Assembly (NCBI RefSeq): GCF_009914755.1
Contig: NC_060948.1
Reading direction: 5' to 3' (one strand)
Length of the DNA: 64,000 bases
DNA from: the human T2T-CHM13v2.0 reference genome, Homo sapiens
Position 1 is the stretch's first letter, and every line of letters starts with the position of its first letter. A model generated the notes under the pieces. It had not been told where the DNA came from. It made no database searches and saw nothing but the letters and a program-made list of their open reading frames with translations. The position numbers and the translations under genes were made by a program. Positions 32,120 through 44,619 of this stretch are shown in pieces.

Positions 32120-32765
32120 CCACCCGTGCTTCTGACATTAGCTGCAAGTTTTGGGGCCCCCAAGACAATCCTTGTTTGGCTCATTGGATAGAAGAATGAC
32201 AGACCTCACCCATTACACTCTCAGTTGTGGTTTATTATGTGGCAAGGACACAGATTGACATAGTAGCCAAGAGAAGAGGGAGGTGGGACAGATAGAGTCC
32301 AGGAAAAGTGGCAAACTTTTGTCCTCTCCATGTGGAGCTGTGGGCAGCACTGAGCCTCACAGTCTCAGCTTGTGCAGAACGCCTGAAGCATCACCAACCA
32401 GGGAAACCAGCCCAAATCCCAGTGTTAGAGTCTTCATTTGGGGTGTCACTGTCAATGGCCCACAGAGCTGACCTCAATCTGTAGCCCCTTCAGAGGTTTC
32501 AGCCATTACTTCAAGACCAAAACCTCCACCCTTAATCATATTGTTAGTACCTAGTATGTCCTTCTCATACCATAAAAACCTCTGCTATGAATAGCCCCCT
32601 CCACCCTAAATCACATTGCTAGATTGTCCAGTTACCCCAGAACCCCTGGTACATAAACACATTCCTACTAGGCAGGACATTCCAAAGGCTAGTGTGCACC
32701 TCTCAGGAGCTGAGGGCAAATGTCCCACCCCTCTTTGAGCAACATTAACCCTTTAATTTCATGGC
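32120..32765. mobile_element. MER21-like LTR, degenerate
   Basis: GGGGCCCCCAAGACAATCC, CCAACCAGGGAAACC, CAGGACATTCCAAAGG motifs resemble MER21. Confidence 0.55.
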
Positions 32766-32999
32766 AGGGCCCACTGCAAAAGTCATTTTGTCTACATTAT
32801 GAGAAAAAAGGTAATGGTCTCTGAGCACTGTCTGTACGTATGTGTATAATTAAAACACTATATTCGTCTTGAATATTTATCAGTATTGTGACTACGGAGT
32901 TAATTTTAGTTTTTTGGTACCTCCTGAAATTTGTGCCTGATGAGATTGTGTCATTAGACTTATTCTAGCCCTGCCCTATGTACCACCATGGACAATTTT

Positions 33000-33016
33000 A
33001 TTAAAATATTATATAT

Positions 33017-33063
<47 letters not shown>

Positions 33064-33380
33064 TATGTAGTTTACATGCTCATATAAAGTTTTAACCAAC
33101 CCTATACAAAATATATAATTTATATAAATTTATAATTTATATATCTTTTATATTTATATAACTTATTTATGTATTTATATATTTGTATATTTATATAACT
33201 TTTATATTTGTATATATTATATATTTATAATTTACATATACCTTTTATATATGTATAATATTTTAAGCAACTATATAATATAGACATAGGTATGTGAATT
33301 AAACATATGTATGTAGATGCAGAGGTAATTTTTAATCCATATATATACATATATATATAATATATATACACACACACACT
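33000..33380. repeat. AT-rich/(TA)n low complexity
   Basis: Direct reading. Confidence 0.9.
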
Positions 33381-33392
33381 CACAGATGTATA

Positions 33393-34047
<655 letters not shown>

Positions 34048-34129
34048 ATATATGTACATACATATATACATACATACATACTCATATACATAATTTTTAT
34101 ATGTACAAATATTATATGTCTAAAAATAT

Positions 34130-34587
34130 TGTAGCAGGATGAGCCACAGACAAAACTCCTCAGACACCAAGTTGTAGAAGGAAGGGCTTTATTCAGCTGG
34201 GAGCATTGGCAGACTTGCATCTCCAAAAACTGAGCTCCCCAAGTGAGCAATTCCTGTTCCTGTTAAGGGCTTACAAATCTAAGATGGTCTGCGTGAGAGG
34301 GTCGTGACTGATTGAGCAAGCAGGGGGTACATGAATGGGGGCTGCAGGCACCAGTTAGCAGAATGGAACAGAACAGGACAGGAATTTCACAATGTTTCTC
34401 TATACAATGTCTGGAATCTATAGATAACATAACCGGTTAGGTCAGGGGTCAGTCTTTAACCAGGCCCAGGGTGTGGCACCAGGCTGTCTGCCTGTGGATT
34501 TCATTTCTGCCTTTTAGTTTTTACTTCTTCTTTCTTTGGAGGCAGAAATTGGGCATAAGACAATGTGAGGGGTGCTCTCCTCACTTA
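34130..34587 (-). mobile_element. 3' LTR (LTR2 family)
   Basis: Direct repeat of 40800-41248; AATAAA on minus strand (TTTATT at about 34188); degenerate polypurine tract adjacent at 34588-34600. Confidence 0.92.
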
Positions 34588-34619
34588 TTCCTCACTTTTG
34601 AGAACCTCACTCATTAGTT

Positions 34620-35900
34620 GGAGTTCTCACTTTCATTCTCACTACCCATGTCTTCTTGCGAGACAGATCGATAGTGATTCATATAGTACATTTGTGCTGA
34701 AGCATATTGATGAACTAAGGTAGCAATGAAGTTTTTTATCATCTGAAGAAGTACAGGTAGCAAACAAGGGAGCAGTAAGCAGTTTTCTACTACTATTATA
34801 ACTCCTATTATAAGAATTTTAAATTATCCTAGTGCTGGGAACCACTTTCCAAACATGGCCCCAGGATCAAATCCATGCCACACTTGCATGGGCACATGTG
34901 CTGGTATTGTCATATCTCTAACTATGTCTTCAACTACTTATCTTTGATCATCAATGTGTGGACAGCAATTAGTAAGGTTAACTTTCCCACAGATGCCACC
35001 TTCAGCTGCTGGCAAGTAGTCAAGAGCCAATCTCTTTTGATAGATAGCATTTCTCATCTGAGTTTCTTGCTGTGCCAGAATAGTCAAGGCTCTGACAGTC
35101 CTATTAGTGATTATTTTTAAGACAGATTGTAACCATATGATTTGGTTGAGCATGTAAATGGGGGTCCAGTATCCCCATGAGCCATCTTGTGCCCAAGTAG
35201 CAGGCCCACAATATTGTATGATTCTCTCAGGGGCCACTCATCATCATTCCAATTTCCTATGGCTATGCTTCTCTTTTCACAGGTCAGCATAGCAGGGAAG
35301 CCCAGGAGTTTGCCTGTCTTTATGGGCAGTAGGAAGAAAGATGTTTTAATAATGCCAATAACACTACTACCTGCCCACTGGTTGGGTAATTTCATGTAAG
35401 CTCCATGTCTCCATATCCAGTATAATCCAGTGGGGGCTGTCGAATCCTGGTGGGACTCTGGGTGGGTCCACACAATTTGCAACTTTGGGAATTTACCAAG
35501 TGGATTTTTCTTAGTGTGGTATGAACTCCACTAGGTGGTTGTTTTTGTAGTACTGTTATACAATTTTGCCCAAGGCACCTGAGTCTTCCCACAGGAAGGG
35601 TGAAGTCCTTCCCCACTCTTGCTATACAGTATTGTCTAATGATTGAGGCTTTTAGGACCCAGTTATTAGATTGATTCTTTTGAGCCAGGAATTCATCAGG
35701 AACTGGGTCTGTAGGTAATAATTCTCAGGCTTCCCATGGCCATTGATCTTCCATTACAGTTCCTCCACATACATAACATGAAGTCACATTGAGAGACGGG
35801 CTACATGGTTGGCTAATTGCAAAAATAAATTTCTTGTTTTTCCTGGAATTTCTGATACTGGCACATTCAGTTCATCATGGAAGCTTTGAAATACTGGCTC
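34620..35900 (-). pseudogene. env remnant (SU end, furin site, TM)
   Basis: EKR/SIAIGNW cleavage region; immunosuppressive domain [24 protein letters not shown]; frameshifted. Confidence 0.88.
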
Positions 35901-35902
35901 GT

Positions 35903-36038
35903 GGCCGGGCGTGGTGGTTCATGCCTGTAATCCCAGCACTTTGGGAGGCCAAGGCGGGTGGATCACAAGGTCAGGAAATCGAGACCATCCTGGATAACAC
36001 AATGAAACCCCATCTCTGCTAAAAATACAAGAAATTAG
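35903..36038 (+). mobile_element. Young Alu left arm only (AluY/Sc-like) inside the provirus
   Basis: GGCCGGGCGTGGTGG..GATCACAAGGTCAGGAAATCGAG; ends at AAATTAG. Confidence 0.9.
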
Positions 36039-36316
36039 ACTGTAATAGGACTGCAGCAAATTTTTGTCCTACCTAAGTGACTTGATGCATACACTAGGAA
36101 CAGTCCTCATACTGAGGAAGATCAGTTGAAGTTCTTACTGTACAAGTCCAAATTTAAAGGAAAATGAGTCTCGCAAATTTTCTCACGCTTCAGCCATGCA
36201 TGGACCAGTCAGCTTCCAACTGTGACTGGAGCAGGGCTTGTCGTCTTCTTCAGAGTCACTTAGCAGGGGTTAGCAAAGCCGCTTCTGTCCACGTACACCT
36301 CACAGTCTACTGATGT

Positions 36317-36760
36317 TCAAGTATGGTCTCGGAGGTTGGGCCCACTAGAATAAACTGAGTCCAATACCTCTACACTGTTACGTTCAACTGGGCTCTCTGA
36401 TACTGGGAGCAAGGTGGCAGGGTTTAGGGTTTTGCAAACTTCAATGGTTATGCAGGAATTTTCAAATAGCAAGTTTTGGTACTTGGTTAATCTAGCATTT
36501 GTTAGCCAATGATGTCCTTTGGTATTCATCAAAGTTACCACAGCATAGGGGGCTTTTAAATTCAGGTTTTGCCCAAGAGTTAATTCATCTGCTTCTTGTG
36601 CTAACAGGGCCATTGCTTCCAGGGCCCTTAAACATAACCCTTCTAGTTGTTTTGAGAGATAGGCCACTGGCCTTAGCCAGGGCCCCACAGTCTGGGTTAA
36701 AACTTCAACTGCCATTTTTGTTTCTTTCTGACACATAGAGTGTAAAGGGTTTTGTCAGTT
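36317..36760 (-). pseudogene. pol remnant (RT connection/tether region)
   Basis: VLTQTVGPWLRPVAYLSKQL..LTLGQNL..HWLTNARLTKYQ. Confidence 0.88.
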
Positions 36761-39700
36761 CAGGTAGCCCTAGGGCTGGGGCTGACATGAGTTTTTCTTT
36801 TAACTCATGAAAAGCTTGTTGCTGTTGGTTTTAATAGATGTAGTTTATCCAATCTACATTTTCATTAACTGTCACCCACCAAAATATTGACTCAAATCCT
36901 GCAGCTATTTGATTTCAAGCTTTAAATTGATCTGGTATTCCTCATGGGACTCCAACTATGTCTAAATAGATGTGAGAGTTGAAAGACCAATAAGGGGCTT
37001 ATCTCGCTTTACAATGTCTTATTTTTTTTTCCTTCTGGTTGATGAAATGCCAGGGTGAAAGGGATAGCCAATTGGACTAAAGTACAAGTGCCACTCCAAT
37101 TATTTGGCAGAGTGGCCAGTAAAGGTCCACCACAATACCACTACACATCCACTCTGAGACAAAAACAAGGGCTGACTGATTGATAAGCTAGTGAAAATTC
37201 TTAAGCTTACTGCATCATTTCAGGTCTCCACGGAACGCTGTTTCCTCCCTGTCATGAGAGACACGAAGGGAATTTAGTGTTGGGAAACAGAAGCTGGATG
37301 GTCCTTGGGAGCTGACCCACAGGCTGCTGAACTTTGGGATATAGCAGAGAGAGCTTGGCATGACTTATTACTCCAGGCTGTAGAATCCTGGAAAAGAGCT
37401 ACAATGCAGCCCATGCCTGGTCAACTGGAGGCCCACCTTAGTGGAAAGGGGACAATCTGGGCCTCTGGCCAGCCCTGTGCATTCTATGTTCCTCTAGTAG
37501 AATGAATGTATGATTTTAGGAAGCTACAAAAACCTTTTGGGGCAGTCCATCCTTGCTCTTTAGAGGTCCACAAAATGTTGGACAAACTATAGCATAAAAG
37601 CTCTACAGTGGGGGCAAGACTTCTGGTAGACACAGGAGTCTTCATTGAAATTTCCCCAGATTAAATGGTCCTCATTTATTAATGCCCAGTCTGAGGAGAG
37701 TCAGGAGGGACAGAGGTACTTTTCTGAAATAGAGAGCTGTCTTTGACTTGGCAAGTCCCACAGGGAATAACAAGGCAAGCATTAAATGCAATAGTTTGAG
37801 GCAAAATTGACTCGGTTATGTTAATAACTAGATGGTCAGCAATAGAGCAAGGAAAGAAGAAAGAGTAATGAATAGACAGAAGAGTTAAATTTTTCTTAGC
37901 TTTAGTTTGGTAGGGTTTCCCCCGGGACTATGGCCCATGACTCTGGAGGGGTTGGCACTTTCTTGACTCAGTTGTGATGAGTCCATCCTTTTTTTTGCTG
38001 GATGAACAGCAGTCTCAGTGGTTAGCAGCACAAGGTAGCGTCTTTCCCAGGCTGGTTTGAGTTTCCTTTCTTTTCACCCTTTGATGAGATCATGATCTTC
38101 AGGCTGGTGCTGGTGCTGGAAATTCTAGGGGTGGTACATGTGTTAAAAGACTTTTAGTTTTGAAGTAAAGGAAAGTGGAAGATAAACCAAGTATACAATT
38201 TTTAAGAAATTAACCTTTTGCTTTAAGTGTGGGGACATCAGCAGTGGACTTTATAGTCCTTGGTGCATTTCTACTGAGAAATTTCCTTTAGCACCTCTTT
38301 CTATTAGTTTCTGGACCAAAGAAGACAAACACAATTTTATATTTGACAATGCTTCCTGTATGATTTTTATACCAGATAAGCTAAAATTTCACCCTTATAT
38401 TAGCGTGTTATTAATATTAAACTTAGTTTTAGTAAAATCTTCTACACATATTTATTCAATTTATAGTGTTGGACCATAAGGAAAGATTTTTACAGACTCT
38501 TTTTAACCTTTTATAATCTTTGTTAACGAGGAGGTTAGTGCTTTAAGAAAAACCCATTGTGTTTTTACTTTAATGTCCAGTTCACAGAAAAACTGGATGA
38601 TACTCCTTTAACTTTAGCCAATATGTTTACACACAGAATTTTCTTTACAATTAATGTTTTAAAACTTGCTTGAACCTTCAAAACAAATTTTTTAACCTTT
38701 TAATGTAAATAAAATTTTACATTCTTAAAATCCTTTTATCAAAGGTATATTTTACTTTCCTTATACACCTTGCTTATAAACTGTTTCTTCAGTAGTACTC
38801 AGGAGGCCTAATTACTTTTAAATTATACAACATTTCTTGTGTAAATTCTTTTTATAACTTTTTTTCTCTTTCATGACTTTCACAGACAGTTCTTTGACGT
38901 GCCTCAACTTAATGACTTAATACAAACATTTCTTTCTTTAAACAACCAATTATATTTATTTCAGGACAAGAATTTAACACACAACATTTTTTTACATAAA
39001 TTTTGCCCACCTTTTTTTCCCTTTTTTTTGAAGATGATAACAATTCTTTTCCAAAGCGAACTTCCTTTATCTGTGGACTAGACTGTCTAAGGCCACAAGA
39101 TTAGAAGTTACTATAATACATGTTACATTGTAAATTTTTAGCAAACTTTACTTTTGTTGAAAACCCAGTAAGTTTGGGATTTCAATTATCCCTTGCTATT
39201 AATAAGATCTTGTTTAGTCCAAATTAACTTAGAATTGGTATAGATGGTTTTGTTTTTATTTCAATTACCCAGGAGGAAACATCTATCATCCTGTCCTGAA
39301 GCGAATTCATACTACATCTGGTCGGACCTTTGTATAGTAATTAAGATTTAGATACCCTGTTAGAAAACCTGCTGGGTTAAGGGAATTTTCAGTGGTTAAC
39401 GTTAAATCATCTTTTTTTTTTTTTTTAACTTAGGATACTTCTAAACTGTTGAAGTGTGCCCACAATGAGGTTTCCTCTAAAAGCTATTTTCTACTTTCTT
39501 CTGCTAGCAAAGAAGGTGCCACTACAGATTGAATTCATTTGGACCATCTACAGGTTACTGGGTTAAGGATTTTTAATAGGAAGGCTACAGGTTGCCGGTG
39601 GCCTCAGTGCTTTCGGGCTAAGCCCTTGTTTACACTTACAACAGGATTGTATTGGAGTATTGGCGGGTCATGGAGAAAACCATCAATTATCAATTACAGG

Positions 39701-39861
39701 TTTTAAATTTACCGTGGCTTTTAAAGGAATAGCATACACTTTATTTTTTCTTAACTACTTGTATATTTCTTTCTTTCTTTCTCTCTTTGACTCTCCATCT
39801 CTCTCTGTTTGACTTTCCTTTTGCCTCTGTCTCTTTCTCTCTCTCTCTGCCTCTGTCTCTC

Positions 39862-40230
39862 TCACTCACTCTTGAATCCCTCTTTGTCTTTCTGTCTCTT
39901 CCCCTCTCTTTCTCTCTGCTGGTCTTTCTTTGCCTTTGCCAGCCGTTTATGCTGCTGTTCTCTCAACCACTGTGAGGGGTGGTCTAAAACCAGCTGTAAC
40001 CAACTCTCTATATATGGGAACTGGTCTGGGTGCCCTGGCTTACAGGTTACCTTGTGCCATACCTTTGAAACAAGGGACCTGTCCAGGCTTCCTTCTGATG
40101 GCCAACCCACCTCTAATACTGGCCAGTCTATCTTACACAAAGTTTTAAGTTTTCTTGGTGTCATAGTACTCTATCGTCTCCCTTAAATCTTTTCTTGAAA
40201 TTTTTCAACATGGTTCCTTGTCATGTGGGC
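39862..40230 (-). pseudogene. gag matrix remnant
   Basis: LKTLCKIDWP..GWPSEGSLD..PGHPDQFPYIESW (gammaretroviral MA). Confidence 0.88.
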
Positions 40231-40776
40231 TTACTTTGTGCCTGACCCATGCTTCCTTGAGACAAAACACCGTGCTCACACCACATGCACACCACAAAAC
40301 AAAGAATGGGGAAAAGGGGCACACACACACACTTTTACAGTATACACCAAACCAGAATCAAAACTAAAATCAGAGTATCAAGAAATCCAAGCCAGGTCAA
40401 AACCAAAACCAAACTAGCAAGTGATCCAAGTCATGTCAAAAACAAAACCAAAGTGCTGGTACAGGCATGCTGTGGGTGATTAGGGCATGCTTCCACCCAA
40501 ATGGAGTGGGCAAGTTCCAAAGACCAGTCTTACCAAGTTTCAGATGTCCAGACTCCAAGTGCCAGTTCCTGCCTGGTGTTCAGCCACTGCATAGATTCTC
40601 TGCAAGGGCCTGCCATGCACTGCTCTGGCAAGGCATTCTACTGGGGCAATTGTCTACATGGGAGTGCTCTCAGGTTCCATGTTGCTCAAGCTGGCCAGAG
40701 TCCCATGCAGGGAAGCTCCACAGGGCAAGCCTAAGCCACCTAAAGGACTGCCTCGACCATCCATTAATCACCTTGC

Positions 40777-40794
40777 TTCCTGGTCAGGGAACCA
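40777..40794 (-). promoter_or_regulatory. Primer binding site for tRNA-Glu
   Basis: Minus strand TGGTTCCCTGACCAGGAA, one mismatch to the complement of the tRNA-Glu 3' end, 5 nt after the 5' LTR. Confidence 0.9.
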
Positions 40795-40799
40795 AGAAA

Positions 40800-41248
40800 T
40801 GAAGCAGAACAAAACCCCTTAAACACCAAGTTAAAGAATGAAGGCCTTTATTCATCCAGGAGCTTCAGCAAGACTCATGTCTCCAAAAACTGAGCTCCCT
40901 GAGTGAGCAATTCCTGTCCCTGTTAAGGGGTTACAACTCTAAGGGGGTCCACATGAGAGGGTCATGATCAATTGAGCAAGCAGAGGATACAGGATTGGGG
41001 GCTGCATGTGCTGGGAATCAGAACAGAATAAAACAGGACAGGGATTGCCACAGTGCTTTTCTACAAAATGTCTGGAATCTATAGATAACATAACAAGTTA
41101 AGTCAGGTGTCGATCTTCAACCAGGCTGAGGATACAGCACCAGTCTATCTGTCTGTGGATTTCATTTCTGCCTTTTAGTTTTTACTTATTCTTTCTTTGG
41201 AAGCAGAAATTGGGCATAAGACAATATGAGGGGTGGTCTCCTCCCATA
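40800..41248 (-). mobile_element. 5' LTR (LTR2 family)
   Basis: Minus strand starts TATGGGAGGAGACCACCCCTCATATTGTCTTATGCCC. Confidence 0.92.
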
Positions 41249-41421
41249 ATGCAATATATGTGTATGCATAAATAGAATTTTTAACTGACAGTTGGGGTTT
41301 AACCAGGAATAAGGTGGGGAAATTGAGCCAACTACTTTGAGCATAAAATTTCAGTGGGCACCAAAACTTCAGCAGCCAAAATGTGAAATACTTTAATTCC
41401 ATATCACAAAAAATCAAAGTG

Positions 41422-41718
41422 GGCTGGGTGCAGTGGCTCATGCTTGTAATCCTAGCACTTTGATAGGCTGAGGTGGGTGGATCACCACAGGTCAGGAGTT
41501 CAAGACCATCCTGACAAACATGGAGAAACCCCATTTCTACAAAAAATACAAAAATTAGCTGAGTGTGGTGGTGTATGCCTGTAATCACAGCTACTCAGGA
41601 GACTGAGGCAGAGAATTACTTGAACCCAGGAGGCAGAGTTTGCAGTGAGTGAGATCACACCACTGCACTCCAGCCTGGGCAACAGAGTGAGACTCCACCT
41701 TAAAAAACAAAAACAAAA
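41422..41718 (+). mobile_element. Alu (AluS-like)
   Basis: Dimeric Alu, (AAAAC)n tail. Confidence 0.92.
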
Positions 41719-42039
41719 TGAATGCAAAAGAAATTGTGATGAATAAAAGATCCAAATTTTTAGTGAAGATAAATTCCCTTACTCCGAAAGAGCCTATTTT
41801 CATGTCCACATGCCCTTTGGAGGCTAAAACATACCCATGAATGGACAGGAAATGGACACACCTTTTTTCCTGTATTGTCCCAGGAATATTGATGGGATAA
41901 AGAAGGTGATGTGGGATGAAGATGTCATCGTTGGACTAACACCCTGAGGGCTTAAATGGGCTTCATTTGTGTTTCATTGATTCAAAACCAGAGCAAGCTG
42001 GTATTGAAATGACCACCTTTATTGTCATTTTCTTCTTCT

Positions 42040-42329
42040 TGTTTTGTTTTGTTTTGTGAGATGGAGACTTGCCCAGGCTGGAGTGCAACAGTGTGATCTC
42101 AGCTCACTGCAAACTCTGTCTCTGGGTTCAAATGATTCTCCTGCCTCAGCCTCCTGAGTAGCTGGGATTACAGGCATGCACCATCATGCCTGGCTAATTT
42201 TGTATTTTTAGTAGAGATGGGGTTTCTCCACTTTGGTCAGGCTGGTCTCAAACTCCTGACTTCAGGTGATCCACCAGCCTCGGCCTCCCAAAATGTTAGG
42301 ATTACAGGCGTAAGCCACCATGCCTGGCC
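42040..42329 (-). mobile_element. Alu (AluS-like)
   Basis: Dimeric Alu, (TTTTG)n tail. Confidence 0.92.
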
Positions 42330-42474
42330 ACATTTTTTTAGAGTCTGAAACAAACTCCACTCTGTCTTGCTAAAATTGCTAAGGTAGTTTTAAAGCAGAG
42401 CTGAGTATAATTGCATAGAATTGTTTAAAGACAGAACTTTACTTCTGTGGTCTTCCCCCAAGATCCTGGAAGCC

Positions 42475-42852
42475 TGTCTAATCATGAGAAAAGAATCAGT
42501 ATTAGAGGGTCATCTTACAAGATAAACTGTCAAGGCCATCAAACACAAGATACATTTGAGAAACTGTCACAATAAAGATAAGCCTAAAGAGACATGACAA
42601 CAAAATGTAATTTTGGGGTTCTGGAAGGAATCCTGGACCACAAAAAAGACACTAGGGAAAAACTGACAAAATCCAAATAAAGCTTGTACTTTAGTTCATA
42701 ACATAGTATCGTTATTAGTTCATTCGTTGTGATACATTTATCGTATAAATATCAAATATTAATAATATGTAAAACTGATTGTGGGTATAGAGGAAGTCTC
42801 TTTACTATCTTCACAATCTTTCTATAAATGTAAAGCTGTTAAAAAATAAACT
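42475..42852 (+). mobile_element. L1MC/L1MD-like 3' end
   Basis: GAGACATGACAACAAAATGTAA..ATCCTGGACCACAAAAAAGACA..AAATAAA. Confidence 0.7.
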
Positions 42853-42857
42853 CATTT

Positions 42858-43165
42858 GCCAGGTGCTGTAGCTCACACCCAAGGAAATCTCAGCACACTG
42901 GGAGGCCAGGGTGGGAGATCACTCAAGTCCAGGAATTAAAGGGCAGCCTGGACACTATAGTGAGGCCACTTCTATGTAAAAAAAAATAAAAGAAAAATTA
43001 GCTGGGCATGGTGATGAGTGCCTGTGGTCCCACTACTCAGGAGGCTAAGCCAGGAAGATGGCTTGAGCCCAGAAGGTTGAAGCTGCACGGAGCCATAATT
43101 GCACCACTTCACTCCAGAGCCTGGATGACAGACTGAGACCCTGTCTCTAAAAAAAAAAAAATAAT
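42858..43165 (+). mobile_element. Alu (AluJ-like)
   Basis: Diverged dimeric Alu. Confidence 0.88.
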
Positions 43166-43789
43166 AAGATAAACAATTAACTTATTTTAATTTCTTTCAA
43201 CAATACATTCCAAACCTATCTAGTTTATTTTAAAGTACTCAAAGATGTTAAAATAACCCCAAAACTATACCCATATGCTGTAACTCAACCACTGCAAGAA
43301 TAGTTGTCTTGTGTTGATGTCTCCTCTTGCAGAGACCCATGTGCGTTTTCAGGCCCCTCAGTTCATGGCCTCTTCCATTTGTGGTACTCTAGTTGCCACG
43401 CTACTTCCAGAGAAAACTGATTGTTCCACCTGGACTGTGTCTGTCAACATTAAAAAAAATGACTGGAGAAAATTATATACTGTATCCTGCAGATATTGCT
43501 TAAAAGTAATCTTAAAAGCAGAGCTGAGCATCACAGCATATAATTGTTTAAAGATACAACATATTTTTTATATACTTTCGGTGTGCAACTGACCCCAAAA
43601 TGCACAACCAATGTTTCCCATCACAAGGGAGGAAAAAATAAGTTTTACTCTATCCTTTCTGAATTCCCATAATAAAAGACAGATTAACAAGAGGAAGACA
43701 TATACAGGTTTGCGAACATGTACACTTCTTGGGTCCATGAAAGATACCCCAGATAAAAGTGAGTACTTCTCAAAGAGGTGACTTTGACA

Positions 43790-44215
43790 TCAGTGGATAC
43801 ATAAAAAATGTACCTTGGCTTGACATAGAAGGGAAAAACAACTTGAAGTGGGGGCTTCCAGGTTACAGATGGCTTTAAAAGTTTTCTGATTCGCAATAGG
43901 TTGAAAGGGTTAATATCAATAGAAAGGAATGTCTGGGTTATCATAAGGGGTTGTGGAAACCAAGGTTTCATGAGGCAGATGAAGCCTCCAGGTAGCAGGC
44001 TTCAGAGAGAATAAAATGATAAATGTTCAAGAACTTAAAAAGTTGTTTCTATCAGTAATTCCAAAACTAAAGAGGGCATCATAAGACCTGTCTGACCCCT
44101 ACATCCCATCATAGCCTGAACTAGCTTTTCAGGTTAACTCGGAATGCCCTTGGCTGAGAGGAGGGATCCATTCAGATGGTTGGGGCTAAGGGGGTCTTAG
44201 AATTTTATTTTTTAA
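43790..44215 (-). mobile_element. MER4-group LTR fragment
   Basis: GATGAAGCCTCCAGGTAGCAGGCTTCAGAGAGAATA; CCATTCAGATGGTTGGGG..TTAGAATTTTATTTT. Confidence 0.75.
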
Positions 44216-44619
44216 CTAGAATGAACTGTGTCTCAAGTCTCACAATAATAAATGAGTGTTTCAAGTACCAGTTGGATGACTCTCATTGCCTTTGTAGGCA
44301 TGATGAGGGAGCTGGTTTCTGCTACTAAATGATTGCCTGATTCTTGTAGCAGCAGAGAAATTTCTGCTCTAGGCTGTGGGCTTATTTATTACTATCTTCC
44401 TTTGGGCTTTGCCCTGTGGAAACAACTTTAAACAACTGAGGTAGAATTTACATACTGTAAAACCCACTTGTTTTCAGTGTAACGAGTTAATGATTTTTAG
44501 TAAGTTTACAGGGTTGGACCACCACCACAAGAATGATTTGCTGTATAACATTTCCATCAGTGCAAGAAGTTGTCAGGTGTTCATTTATATCTATATTTTT
44601 AAACATAGGGTCTTGCTGT

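Larger units (their letters stand above)
34130..41248 (-). mobile_element. Defective LTR2 provirus (HERV-E group, Harlequin-like)
   Basis: Paired ~450-bp LTRs, tRNA-Glu PBS, gag/pol/env remnants in proviral order on minus strand. Confidence 0.9.

Noticed and set aside
34620-35900. Domesticated syncytin-like env
   Set aside because: Split across frames, 5' part missing, motifs mutated
40777-40794. tRNA-Glu gene
   Set aside because: Only the 18-nt retroviral primer binding site; no cloverleaf
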